From positions 186,001 to 250,000 of the forward strand of contig JAHLTZ010000001.1 in the NCBI GenBank assembly GCA_025786725.1: a stretch of 64,000 nucleotides of DNA. The letters are read 5' to 3'. Within the stretch, counting starts at the first letter, position 1, and the number at the start of each line of letters is the position of its first letter. This document shows positions 52,601 to 64,000 of the stretch, piece after piece. Made by a program: the position numbers and the translations under genes. This stretch comes from Syncephalis fuscata S228. Its lineage: Eukaryota; Fungi; Zoopagomycota. The notes beneath the pieces are model-generated. The model saw only the letters and a program-made list of their open reading frames with translations, was not told the DNA's origin and did no database searches.

Positions 52601-55600
52601 GTTGGTTGGCTGTACGTCTTCTTCTTGTGCTATCACAATCATCGGCCTTTTCAAGCAGTGGACATCATGGCGATCGACTAGGCATGAATCGCCTAGTTGG
52701 TCTACTTGAATCCAGTGTCGAATTAAAGCGCATTCTACACGGCTTTATTGAAAAGCTAGAATTTGTGCCAATATTACCATCATCCGCATCATCAACAGCA
52801 TTGTCACCAGGTATGGCTAATACAAATGGTGTTGCTACTGCATTCTTTACTGAAGAGCCGAATGCATGGGAAGTTATGGAATTTACGGCAGAAGCAAAAC
52901 AAGAAGAACCCGATGCTATTAACGCTGTACGTCTAGCTATTCTAGAATTGCTTTTGAAGAATCTAGAAACGACCACCACAATACCTACACTTGCTCATTT
53001 ACTACTTGGCTTCCAAGTACGTGGTAAAATATCCGAAACACGTTTAAAGCATCCCAATGAAGATGGTGGTGAAATGTCACTATTCCATTCTATCCTTGAT
53101 TTATTACGTCATGGCACGGAAGACAATCCAACAGATCCATTACTTATTCAAACAGACCCAAAATTGGCTGTTGATTGTTATCAGCTTATTTATCGTCTAT
53201 GTCGATCAACATTAACATCAGTGCCCACACTTCGTTATTTGCACAACGATGAAGATTACTTTAATCGACAGTGTCTACACATTACAGCTGATATGCCAAT
53301 TACCGACAATGATCACGATGCTATTATTGTTAATGGTGTACCGCAACCAGCCAACTTTACACGACTATACGCGCAACTACATCAACGGGCCTGGTTGATG
53401 AAAACATTGGCTATTCAACTGCATACCATTAGTCGAAATGGTATTGGTTCACAGGCTAAGCGTCTTATGCAACTGCTATTCCAAGAAGATTCATCACTTA
53501 CCTGGCTAAGTCAGTCGAAGTTTGAAATGCCTAAAATGCGTATATTGGCTCTATTAGATGGCATTGACTTTGCATGGCGTGATTCGCTAATGAGCGGAGC
53601 TACGGGTGAATTCCAACCTACACTATTTGCTGGTTTAAACTTTGAACGATGTGCAAGTCTTGATACACAAGGTGCACAAGTATATGATCTATCGCGAGTA
53701 TTCGAGCTATTACTACTTGCTCAACGTCACTTGGAACAACAAGGCCGTCTTGTAGGTGATGGTGCATGGTCTAGTGCACAAGAGGAAAAACGAGAATTAC
53801 TACGTCGATTATTGGCTGAAAATCACTATCGCCAATTGGAACAGGCTAAATTTGCTTGTCTTTTGGCCTGGCAACAACTTGTTGAAGTAGCACTACGTGA
53901 TGCTAGTGAATATGTAGCCACTAATACACGTGCTTCATTATGGTCAAGTCTAGCAATAGCCGTATTGCCTAAACTAACGGCACCTGATCGATTATCTGGC
54001 CATCTTGAAGGATTAGGCAGTGTACTTGTGGCTGTTCTATCCACATTAAAACGCGATCAGCGTTTACAACAACTAGTTCAATATGACCGCCAAGTGCCGG
54101 TTGAACGATTGTCCGCAATACTCAAAGGACTTGTAGAAGCAGTTCAAATGACCGGTACTACTCTAGTAACTCGTGGTAATTTATACGCCGCCTTGTTAGT
54201 ATTCCTTCACTATTGTGGTGCCGAAAAGTCGACGACGGGCACTAATTCATCAGGATCGGATACATCATCACTTATTGATTTCAGTCAAAGTATCCAAGGC
54301 AAATCAGTATACCGTTCATCGGTTGATACAGTTATTCTAAATGTTTTACAAAGTGCCGGTGACCGATTCCTAGAGACTATTTGTCGCGATGCCGTTGAGG
54401 CTGACGATGTATGGCGAACTGTGGCCTATACGCTACTTGAAGTACAAAGTGGTTTATGGCGTAAGCAAAAAACTGATCGTGTACTGGCCTATCTATCTCG
54501 TTGGAATGTGCTGCAACACTGTGTTGACTGTCTACGTCAAGATGATCCAATGTTACAGTCAATTATTGCATCTGATTCAAGTAAGCTATTTAATGTATTC
54601 ACTGCATTTAATAACTAATTATATAATTTGTATAGCGTCGGGTAATTTACTTTATGTTTATGAGGCACGAATGGCCTTTTTCCTTCGTTTATCGCAACGT
54701 CGTGAAGGTGCACTTAAACTGCTTGAAGCGGGTATTGTAGAAACATTGACTGAATGTCGATTCCTTGATCGTCGTCCTGATTTTACACTACCAGCATTTG
54801 GTAAGTTGATGATCAATAATAGTATTATATACTAATTAGATGGCATTAATAGGTGAAGATTTGGGTATGGCCACTACTAATGAGCGCTATTATGCGCTAT
54901 TGCTACCTGCATTGCAGTTAATGGTATCACTTATGACTCGTCTACGCGATAGTCATTATACTCTTCAAAAGGCAAGTGTTCAACAACAGTTGTAATAATA
55001 GCTGCAATGTTAACAATGGCGCTAATAGATGATGAGCTTTGTTACGGGACATAAAGATAGTCTGTTGGCAATATTAAAGGAAGGTACACAACATGTAACA
55101 ATGCCAACAATTACAGCCGCCACTTGGGTAGCCGCTGTATTGGCCCAGTTAGCTCAGAAACCAGAGCCAATGGTAATTAACATCTAATTATTAGTTAAAG
55201 CTATACTTATGCCAAATATTTAGTTTGCTCTTGAAGGTTACAGTTCATTCCGAGTATGGATGCTAGGATTACTGTCAAAGTATTGCGCTCCTGATCGATG
55301 GGCAGCACAACTAACACCATTGCTGGATATTGAGCGTTTTGAACATAAAAGTATGTAGTATATGTTACTATAGCTGTTTATATCTAAACTAATAATCATA
55401 TTTATAGATACGCCGTCCTCGTTAGATGTTAGCGTATTCCAGAAACGAGTTGAAGGACAAGTTACTACTTTATGTGAACATTTGGTTTTATTCTGTCGGT
55501 CAATCTCATCGCCTAAAAATGGAGGTAAGTAATTGTGTAATATTAATAATGACCATTTTAATTAATAATCAATAGATTTTGTACCTTTATTCCACTGGAC

Positions 55601-56512
55601 ATTAACGGGTGTCATGGAAGGTGATACATTTGGCATGCAAGGTAAGCATTTTATTATAGCAATTTAATTTAGCTATTAACTATTATTAGAAATGACTACA
55701 CCGTCACTTGGTGTATTGGCCATTTTCCTACGTTCCTCGACCAATGCACTGACACGTGTTATGGATGATCATCAAGATCTATTGAAGAAAAAGTCGGTTA
55801 TTGGCTCGCTAAGATCGGATGAACTATCATCGGTAAGCGATATATAATATAATAGAGGGATTGGTTATTAATATTGATTACTATAAATAGATATTAAGTC
55901 CAGAAGCAGCTCGTTTAACAGAAGAAATTACTAGCGAGCAAAAGCATCGTCTTGTTGAACAGGAACTTGAACGAGTACTTGCACTAAAAGGACAACTGGC
56001 TACATCAACGCTTTGTAAGTAGTAGCTGATCATTTATAGTATATAATTGTGCTTATTTGTTTATTTATCATGTTAGATGTTGTTGAGAATGTATTGGCTT
56101 TACTATATCGCCATATTAGTTATTATTTAAGTGGATATGCTGCTTCATTAAAGAATGCGCCTCTCACGGGTACACAATCAATTCTTACACAATCACTGGC
56201 CAATTATGGCGCCATGGAAGGTGTAACGATGCAGCAGCCAAATATGGCTAATTTGCCAAATTCACTTGAATTGGATAAATTGCGTACTGATGCTAATGTT
56301 ATTTTATCCTCGTTATTCTCTCGTTTAAAGCAAATTGAATTGGCAAGTATAGGCGTAATATATTTAAATGCTATGCTAACTATCGGTGTTTATTATAGCC
56401 AAAGGAGACGATAGGAGCAGCGGCCGAGGATCGTCAAGCGTTTATTGTATTCCTAGCTGGCCGTCTACAAGATTTGTGCTTTCTAGGTGGCGATGATACA
56501 ATGGGATTCTAA
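49615..56512 (+). CDS. NUP192: Nucleoporin Nup192/Nup205
   Basis: A ~5-kb first exon encodes an alpha-solenoid with FIKEALLLAEELNIDEY, VPIEVKAALFNAIAAF, GIQYELEELETARETYPETRAFL, PDDLGAG.R, LHQRAWLMK..A..LH, RGNLYAALL and LETICRDA. About 9 small 3' exons follow. Confidence 0.93.
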
Positions 56513-57182
56513 TTACTTTTAAAATATAAAAAGATACATAGTTTATATCAATATTTAGTTGGTCTGCTTTATCATCAGTGTAACAATGGGACATGTCACA
56601 ATAATAGTTTTGTGCTAAATCATTACTACACTATGTATATTTCAAAAAATAACTATTGAATCTCAGTAATTTATTGCTTTTCAATTGAAATTGTTTGCTT
56701 TCTTTTAGAGTAAAAGCTATTTGTAAGTTTTCAAGTAAAACTAATGTCACAATATGTATAAAATGATTAATATATTATTTGGATTAAACTGTTGTATATA
56801 TATATGAGTGTATGTTGGATTAAAAAATAAAAACAAGTAACAGTAACGATTAGCAAGTCAAGATGTGACGTTAGGCTTGTACTACCTATCAATTTCTAAG
56901 CTGCTAATACACTAAGCTGTAGTTAAAAACTTGTTTGACCTTATGTGATGGCTATATTTTATCTTAGATTATGGCTATGATTATAAAAAGTTTAATTTAA
57001 TGTAAATTACGCACTTGCATCTATACTGTCATTTAGTTTACTTTTCTATTTATGCTAGGATGTAATTGCAAACTAATTCCTAATTTGGTCAATTTTTATT
57101 ATTATTTTATAGCAAACGCATTTTCTTCTTTTTTCATTTTTATACAAATATACAAAAATATAAAATATACAAAACTACTACT

Positions 57183-58578
57183 ATGATATCCTACTCTTTA
57201 AATAGTCTAACGAAAGCAGCATCTTTGTTGATATGCACTTTCCTATACACGCCCTATTTTTCTACGGCTTTGCCACGAGGAGCTATAATAAATTCAGGCA
57301 TGTTTAACAATAGTGTAAAGTATCATGATTAATCATTGCTTATATAGATGCCGTAGCCCAAGGTCATTTTCTAGGTCAAAAGCTAAATAAGCCAGATGGT
57401 TTTGAGGAACTAGGCTTGGTTATTACAAAAGCGTTAACCAATTCAGGCAGTGTACAACTTGCAGAAGTCGAATATGGCCATAAGCACGGTTTTATGAAAT
57501 GTTTTAAAACAGGTGGATTTTCAGTAGATTCTGATATTAAAGATGATATGAATAGAGAGTACAATGCCAATATTGTAAGTAAATAAACTTGAGCCTTGTT
57601 TATCCATTGTTGATGTATTACTACTCGTTTTAGCTTCTTGAAAAAGAAAGAAAGAAAACAAAGGATTTTTTAGCCACAGGCCAAGAACATGTTGTTGATC
57701 TTTACCATAATTTCAAATACAAAAATATATACTGTTTTATATACGAGTATATTGGTACACAGACTTTGGCTGAATATACTCAATTCATGTCAGTTGAGAA
57801 AAAAGCAGCAGTATTACCCACTATTGCTATACAAATTCTGAAAGGTTTGGATCTAATCTAAACATTTATTAATAGTTCAACTAACATTATAACAATATTA
57901 GGACTTGCGTTTATGCATGGGGCTGGATTGGTACATAACGACATTAAGCCATGGAGTAAGTCGATGTGTTTTTCAATTAGTCTTTATACTAATCATATTG
58001 CATTAATAGACATTATTATAGATACATCCGTCCCTGATCATCATAGAGCCGTGATTATTGACTTGGATTTTGCTACTCCCTTGTCATCTGGTCTATTTGG
58101 AAAAGTGAAAATGGAAGTAGATACGTTGGGATCACTTTCCTTTAGATCACCTGAATGCTTGCAAGGCAAACCATGCGACAAACGCAAGAAAGATATGTGG
58201 GGTGCTGGTGCCACTATTTATTGGGCATTTTACAAAAAATTACTAGTCGAATACGACAGTGGAAATAGCGGTAATGAAGAACTTACGTCTTCGAGTGTCT
58301 ACATTAGTTACGATGTTTCTCCAAGCATGAAGCAATACATAAAACAGCTTACTGCCCTTCGCAAGATAGGAGTGAAGTTTATTAAGCCTTCCACATATGA
58401 TCCTCAAGCTGCTATGAATATGGATCTACTGGTTAAACTGATGCGTGCTATGCTGGAGCCCAAATCCGAGAAACGTCATACGCCCGAGAGCTATTTAAAT
58501 TCAATCCAACCATCGAATTCTAATTATATCTATCTATCAAATCTAATGCTTGATATCTTTAAAACGCAAACCCCATAA
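57183..58578 (+). CDS. Divergent Ser/Thr kinase-like protein with predicted N-terminal signal peptide
   Basis: Spliced: MISYSLNSLTKAASLLICTFLYTPYFSTA-LPRG..., GFMKC (beta3 Lys), NREY (alphaC Glu), CFIYEYIG, GLAFMHGAGLVHNDIKPWNII, IIDLDFA, GSLSFRSPE, DMWGAG, ML...KRHT. Four introns. Confidence 0.85.
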
Positions 58579-58752
58579 ACATTTAAATAAATCAATTTGA
58601 ATGTTAAACTAGACGCACACACTTGATGTATTTTGGTTTAGATTAATAAATAGAGGGAGTGGACGTCACACACACCCACTTCACTTCCCCAAAACAACAC
58701 TTGCTCAACTGTTACTCGTATACCTTGTTCATCGTTTAGCTATTGTATTAAG

Positions 58753-61700
58753 ATGGCAGCATTTGGCGCATTTGCGCTAGATGGTCGGGAACGCGGTTCG
58801 CTCGACTGATGGCTGAAGTTGACGACCGGCCAGCGATGTTTGCCTTGGACCGTGTTCAATTTCAACTGCCAGGATCATTGGTAACGATGGCGGTTGCAAA
58901 CAACATCATGCTTCTAGTGCTGGATACCAACCGTTTATTGCGTATTGATTTGCAGAAATCCCAGGATATTGATGGTAAGCCAGGTTGAATAATAGCATAT
59001 GTGTTATTTAATATATAATATATGTATATAGAAATTGAAATTCCTAAACGCAACGACGACAAGCTACACAAACTGTTTGTAGATCCCACTGGTCGCCATG
59101 TTCTATTGACCACACAGAACGGTGAAAATTATTATGTATTTATAAAAATGAAAAAGGCCAAAACACTAAGCAAGCTTAAGGTAGCTATATACTGCTTGGA
59201 TAGACCTGTTCATTATTGATATCCACTTCTGGCTATAGGGCATGGTGATTGAATCGATAGCCTGGAATAAAACAGCATCTAATCGATTACAAGAAAACTC
59301 GACCAAAGCCATTCTGCTAGGCACGCGGCAAGGACGTATATTCGAAGCAGAAATAGAGCCAACAGACGAGTATTTTAAACGAGAGGAGCGATATCTCAAA
59401 CTGGCAAGTTATTAATATGTTATCTAGCTGCTGTATTTAATAATATATCTGTATATTAGGTATTTGCATTGCCAGTGGCAGAACCCATTACAGGCATGTA
59501 CAGCGAACCATTCCCAACTGATTCAAAAAAACGACTTGTACTGCTTACAACAACCACACGTATCTATCAGTTTGTTGGACAGGTGGCAAGTACAGATGGT
59601 TTACAAGAACCGGTGTATGCATCTCTATTCTCGTCCTATGACATTGTAACGCGTAAGTACTAGCTATATTCTTGTTGGTGTCATCTTCTTATAGATTATA
59701 TAGCCTATCAGGAAATGCCCAATGATCTTGGTTATAGTGAGCTGCATCTATTTAGTCCCAACAATGATCTACAAAGTACACCAGAAAAATTTGCTTGGTC
59801 TGTCGGTATGTATAGACTGTATAGTATATTACAAGATATTTACCAGTAATATAGGTCCTGGCATTTATCATGGACAATTGGTATTTGGATCACAGAATCC
59901 AGGTGACAGTGTTATTGATCAAGCACAGTTATTACCGTAGGTTATATAAATCAGTAAATAAGCTAAATATTAATTTTAAAAGTTATCCACCTCGTTCGCT
60001 GAAAGCGACAGCAGCCGGCCATGATGCACCATTATCATTTGCCTTGACAGAGTTCCATTTCGTGATGCTATTCAACGATCGTTTACTAGCCGTGTGTCAA
60101 CTCAACGATGAAGTAGCGTATGAAGAGCCACTTGCTATAGATCTTGACTATCGTCGACTAATTATTGATCCGGTCAAACGCACCTATTGGGCATTTACCA
60201 GCCAGTCTATCTTTGAGTTGATTGTTGAAGATGAAGACCGCGATGTATGGCGATTGTATTTAAAGGCAAGATCTTATGATACAGCTCTGCGATTCTGCAA
60301 GGTAAATACCGTCTATTTATTTACTATTGCTGTGGTAATATCACTAATATTGTGGTAAATCAGCATATTTGGCAAAAAGATCATGTGCGTACTGTACAGG
60401 CAAATCATTACTTTGAAGCTGGTCGATATATGCTGTCGGCCGATTACTATGCTCAAACCAATGTGCCATTTGAGCAAGTTGTACTTCAATTTGTGGATAA
60501 AAATGAACGAGATGCTCTCCGACAATATCTGCTATTTAAATTAGCTAGTCTAAAGAAGACCGTAAGTAAAGCATTGATTATAGACACAACATAATAATAG
60601 CATACATGTAGGATGCAGTGCAAGCAACTTTAATTTGCACTTGGCTAGTTGAAATATATATTCACAAGTTAAATTTACTTGAAGACCACGCGTCGGCCGA
60701 TTATGCTGGTGCAGATGCCCGCAATTATTTAGAGGAATTGCAATTGATGAGAGAAGAGTTTCAACAGTTTATTGAACAGCAAAAGGTAGGGAAGACTTGG
60801 TAGTATTGGCGAATCATTAATAGTCCTAGGATAAACTGGATCGACGAACTACGTATCAATTAATTGAAAGTCATGCTCGTAAAGAAGAATTAATATTCTA
60901 CAGTAATTGTATCAGTGATTATGATCGGTTGATTTCATTTTGGATTGAAGAAAGCGACTGGTCAGCGGCATTAAAAGTGCTGTCTAAACATGTAAACCAG
61001 TTATACCATAGCAATAGTAGATATTTGGACTAATAGCAATGTAATAGGGAACTGTAGAAATGTTCTACAAGTATGCACCGGTTATAATTGAGCATTTGCC
61101 ACAAGAGCTTGTTAGTGTACTGATGCAGCAACAGAATCTGAACCCACGGCGTTTAATGCCTGCACTACTTAAATATCAACAGCATTCAATAAAGGCTAAC
61201 AAAGAAGTGGTACGTTTAGCGTGAGTGTATTTATACCATGAACTAACCATCAATACATAGAATCAAGCCATTCGATACTTGCAATTTGTTGTAGGCAAAT
61301 TATGCAATATGGATCCAGTTGTTCACAATTACTTATTAACGCTTTATGCCTCTCAACCAGATGAAGATGAATCGGAATTATTGGCATTTATTGGAACAGA
61401 GGTAGATTGATAGTCAATAGATTGATAGTGTCATGTTTATTAAATGCAATACGCTATTAGGATCGAACACGCTATTATAATCTTGATTATGCATTGCGTA
61501 TTTGTCTTCGACATAATCGCACACGAAGCTGTGTGTTAATTTACGGCTTACTGGGACAGTTTGAGGAAGCAGTCGATTTAGCATTGAAAGTAAGTGCAGT
61601 AAATTAAAATAAATTTAGCATCATTAACTCTGTAAAAGCTGGGAGATTTAGAACTAGCACACATTAATGCTAATAAGCCAGAGAAAGAAGAGGAGGATTT

Positions 61701-62655
61701 ACGTAAACGATTGTGCCTCAAGATGGTGCGCTATGTAATACAAGAACTTAATAATGTTCAATTGTAAGTGATTAGCAGTGACGACCATCATCACTTATAT
61801 TTACTATTAATATTGATAATAGAGCCATGTCCTATTTGGATATCTTTCCATTGATCAAGATTGAAGACGTATTGCCATTCTTTCCTGATTTTGTACTTAT
61901 TGATGACTTTAAGGTATGGATATAAAAATGGTATATTTGTTTAATTAAGATAATAATATGTATATATAGGAAGAAATTTGTAAAGCACTTGAAGAATACA
62001 GCACGAATATCGATGATCTTAAAGCAGATATGGATGAGGCGACCCAGACAGCCGAAACCATTCGAAGTGACATTAGTGAATTGAAGAATAGGTTAGTTGG
62101 AAAAGATGTAATCTTTATTGAAGCTAATAGTGTATAATATTATTAGATATGCTCTTATTACTACAGAGGATCGATGTGCAATATGCCATAAACTAGCATT
62201 GACACAACAATTCTATGTGTTCCCGTGTCAGCACATCTTCCATGTTCATTGTCTTGTTCAAGGTGTAAGTAATAAGAGAATTATATAAAATTATATTAAC
62301 AACACTAACAATATTGCTATAGATCAGTAAATATGTACATAGTAAACGACGAAAGAAGATCCAAAAACTTTATAATGAAATTACACAAGACTATTCAGTT
62401 ATGCATTCTGAATCAACGCCACGTAATTCATCGGCTCAACAGCACGATTTACAAAGAATAGCTCATAATAAGGTAACGCCTTTTATCAATGTCAATCTAA
62501 TAAATACTAATCATTAATCTCTAACTCTACTAGGCCCAACTCGATGAACTAGTGGCCAAGGAATGCTTTTTATGCAATGACATGATGATTCGTAGTATTG
62601 ATATCCATTCATTGATGAAAGCGAACGAGAGTTGGAAGATTCGTGGGCTTTATAA
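58753..62655 (+). CDS. VPS18: HOPS/CORVET subunit Vps18/Pep3
   Basis: FALDRVQF, KLFVDPTGRH, IESIAWN, ILLGTRQG, GIYHGQL, LTEFHF, EDEDRDVW, IKIEDVLPFFPDFVLIDDFKEEIC and a C-terminal RING CAIC...FPCQHIFHVHC...ECFLC. Apparent 1-bp deletion near 58798. Confidence 0.96.
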
Positions 62656-62687
62656 TTAATGGATTATTCATTATAAATAAGAAGCTA

Positions 62688-63289
62688 CTTCACCTTGACT
62701 CCCGCATTTTCTTAATACTTCAATACAATTAAACACTCATCCATCACTATAACATGTATAATATTACATCCAACATTAATTAATTTATGTATAATTAGCG
62801 GTATAATAATGTAATTCATTAGTTATCTTTATTATGGTTTTGGTATATATACATTGTCATTTATTTAGTCAGATTGACTATAAGGAAGTGGCTGTTTAAT
62901 AAATGACTTTTATAATAATTATATTAATATTGATCTTACATTACAAATATGCCCAGAATGCAATAGTAGAATATTAAAAGATAGAAGATATCATTTAGAT
63001 GCAAGAATCCACATTGTACGTAGATGCAATAACAACAAATGCAAAACGATATGGAATCGTGATCATATAATTTCTATTAATATTCAATTAATCTTTCTAT
63101 ATATGTCCAACAACAACAATGAACGGCCTCGAATGTTCCAAATAAATTAAATAGTATATTACATTGTTTATTTAAATCAATCCATTAATAGCATTTCAAT
63201 AAAAAGTAGTATAATTATGATGTGTATAGCAGCATGACTTTGATTGAAACGAATTGTGCTTTGGGACAGATGTGGGAGTCAACCAATAG
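62688..63289 (+). mobile_element. Non-autonomous, internally deleted Fanzor element with imperfect inverted termini and TA flanks
   Basis: Left end TA|CTTCACC-TTGACTCCCGCAT. Right end, reverse complemented, TA|CTATTGG-TTGACTCCCACAT (12/13 core match, same 7-nt offset from TA). Contains the Fanzor C-terminal reading frame. Confidence 0.7.
62884..63150 (+). pseudogene. Fanzor (TnpB-like) C-terminal fragment: RuvC-II remnant, CxxC..C..C zinc finger, RuvC-III
   Basis: Stop-free frame without ATG: ...INIDLTLQICPECNSRILKDRRYHLDARIHIVRRCNNNKCKTIWNRDHIISINIQLIFLYMSNNNNERPRMFQIN*. Confidence 0.85.
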
Positions 63290-63401
63290 TAACAATACAA
63301 ATTGAATAATAGCAACAATAGCAAGATAATATAAATTATACATTGGTGGTAATAATAGATGCCTACCTTTTAATTATTGCGTTATTGATAGAAATATTAC
63401 T

Positions 63402-63512
63402 TTATTTACGCATCAACAAGTACACTGTCTCGCCAATCATAAGTTTTTGTAAATGACGATAATCTCCTTCTAAGCACAATAAGAGTCCACCAAATGAGAC
63501 ATAGACCGCACT

Positions 63513-63545
<33 letters not shown>

Positions 63546-64000
63546 ACATTAGTATAACGCATAGCAATATCAATATTACACCTTATTGACTCTTAGATAT
63601 GTACTTACACTCTTGTGCCTGTACCCTCATCGTATTTGAATACACGACCGTGCATTACATAGTCATAATTATCAGCAAGTGTTGGTTCCTTGCGTCGACT
63701 AAGATCACGCCACGATTCCTCTTTCTGTTCAACTTCATCGGCAGCCGACGTTTGCTGTTTCTCAAGTGATAGCGATGAGGCAAGAGCAAAAGCAAACTTG
63801 TCACCAATTTCCATTGGATATAGTTCGCTATTCACATCAAGTGTCATTTCCATATCGTAGTTTTCACTTCGGGCATGGATACGCGACACTAATACGTCAA
63901 CATATTGAGTGTTATTAGTATACTGCCATTCCATTCTTCACTGTCTATAACCACCTACCACGATCAAACTGCTTTCCATCGCGATCCATGTCTTTGACGT
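63402..64000 (-). CDS. RPB8: RNA polymerase I/II/III shared subunit RPABC3 (5' end outside the window)
   Basis: DMDRDGKQFDR|VSRIHARS..MTLDVNSELYP...LADNYDYVMHGRVFKY...VYVSFGGLLLCLEG...VYLLMRK*. Confidence 0.97.
63521..63545. repeat. (AT)n microsatellite in an RPB8 intron
   Basis: About 12 tandem AT units. Confidence 0.85.

Noticed and set aside
1-64000. tRNA or rRNA genes
   Set aside because: I noticed no cloverleaf or rRNA-like segment by eye. A tRNAscan-SE/Rfam run would be needed to exclude them.

Overview
This is eukaryotic genomic DNA: intron-rich genes (mostly 50-90 bp GT-AG introns, several GC-AG) separated by AT-rich spacers. Gene content and style suggest an early-diverging fungus; a Zoopagomycota/Syncephalis-like mycoparasite is plausible but is my inference. 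About 19 protein-coding genes are supported: a partial coiled-coil protein, a PCI-like protein, RPA3, LSC2, NMA111, EDC3, a Pho85/Clg1-type cyclin, two CHS7 paralogs, a secreted Pro/Gly/His/Lys repeat protein, allantoinase, a YbaK-domain protein, NOG2, CIA30, RPL43, an ankyrin-fused class IV chitin synthase, NUP192, a signal-peptide kinase, VPS18 and a partial RPB8. The most notable signals are not in the ORF track. (1) There are decayed Fanzor (eukaryotic TnpB-like RNA-guided nuclease) elements. One is a ~600 bp TA-flanked element with inverted termini at 62688-63289, encoding CPEC...C...C-WNRD...RP..F. A second relic at 12897-13207 is followed directly by a structured non-coding segment that occurs four times in 8.5 kb (candidate omegaRNA/right end). 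(2) An ankyrin-repeat/chitin synthase fusion lies head-to-head with its Chs7 chaperone. (3) Two candidate secreted effectors are present: a kinase and a Kex2-site repeat protein. Many single-base deletions in short homopolymers break conserved genes, which points to uncorrected long-read errors. All coordinates were read by hand and some may be off by a few bases.
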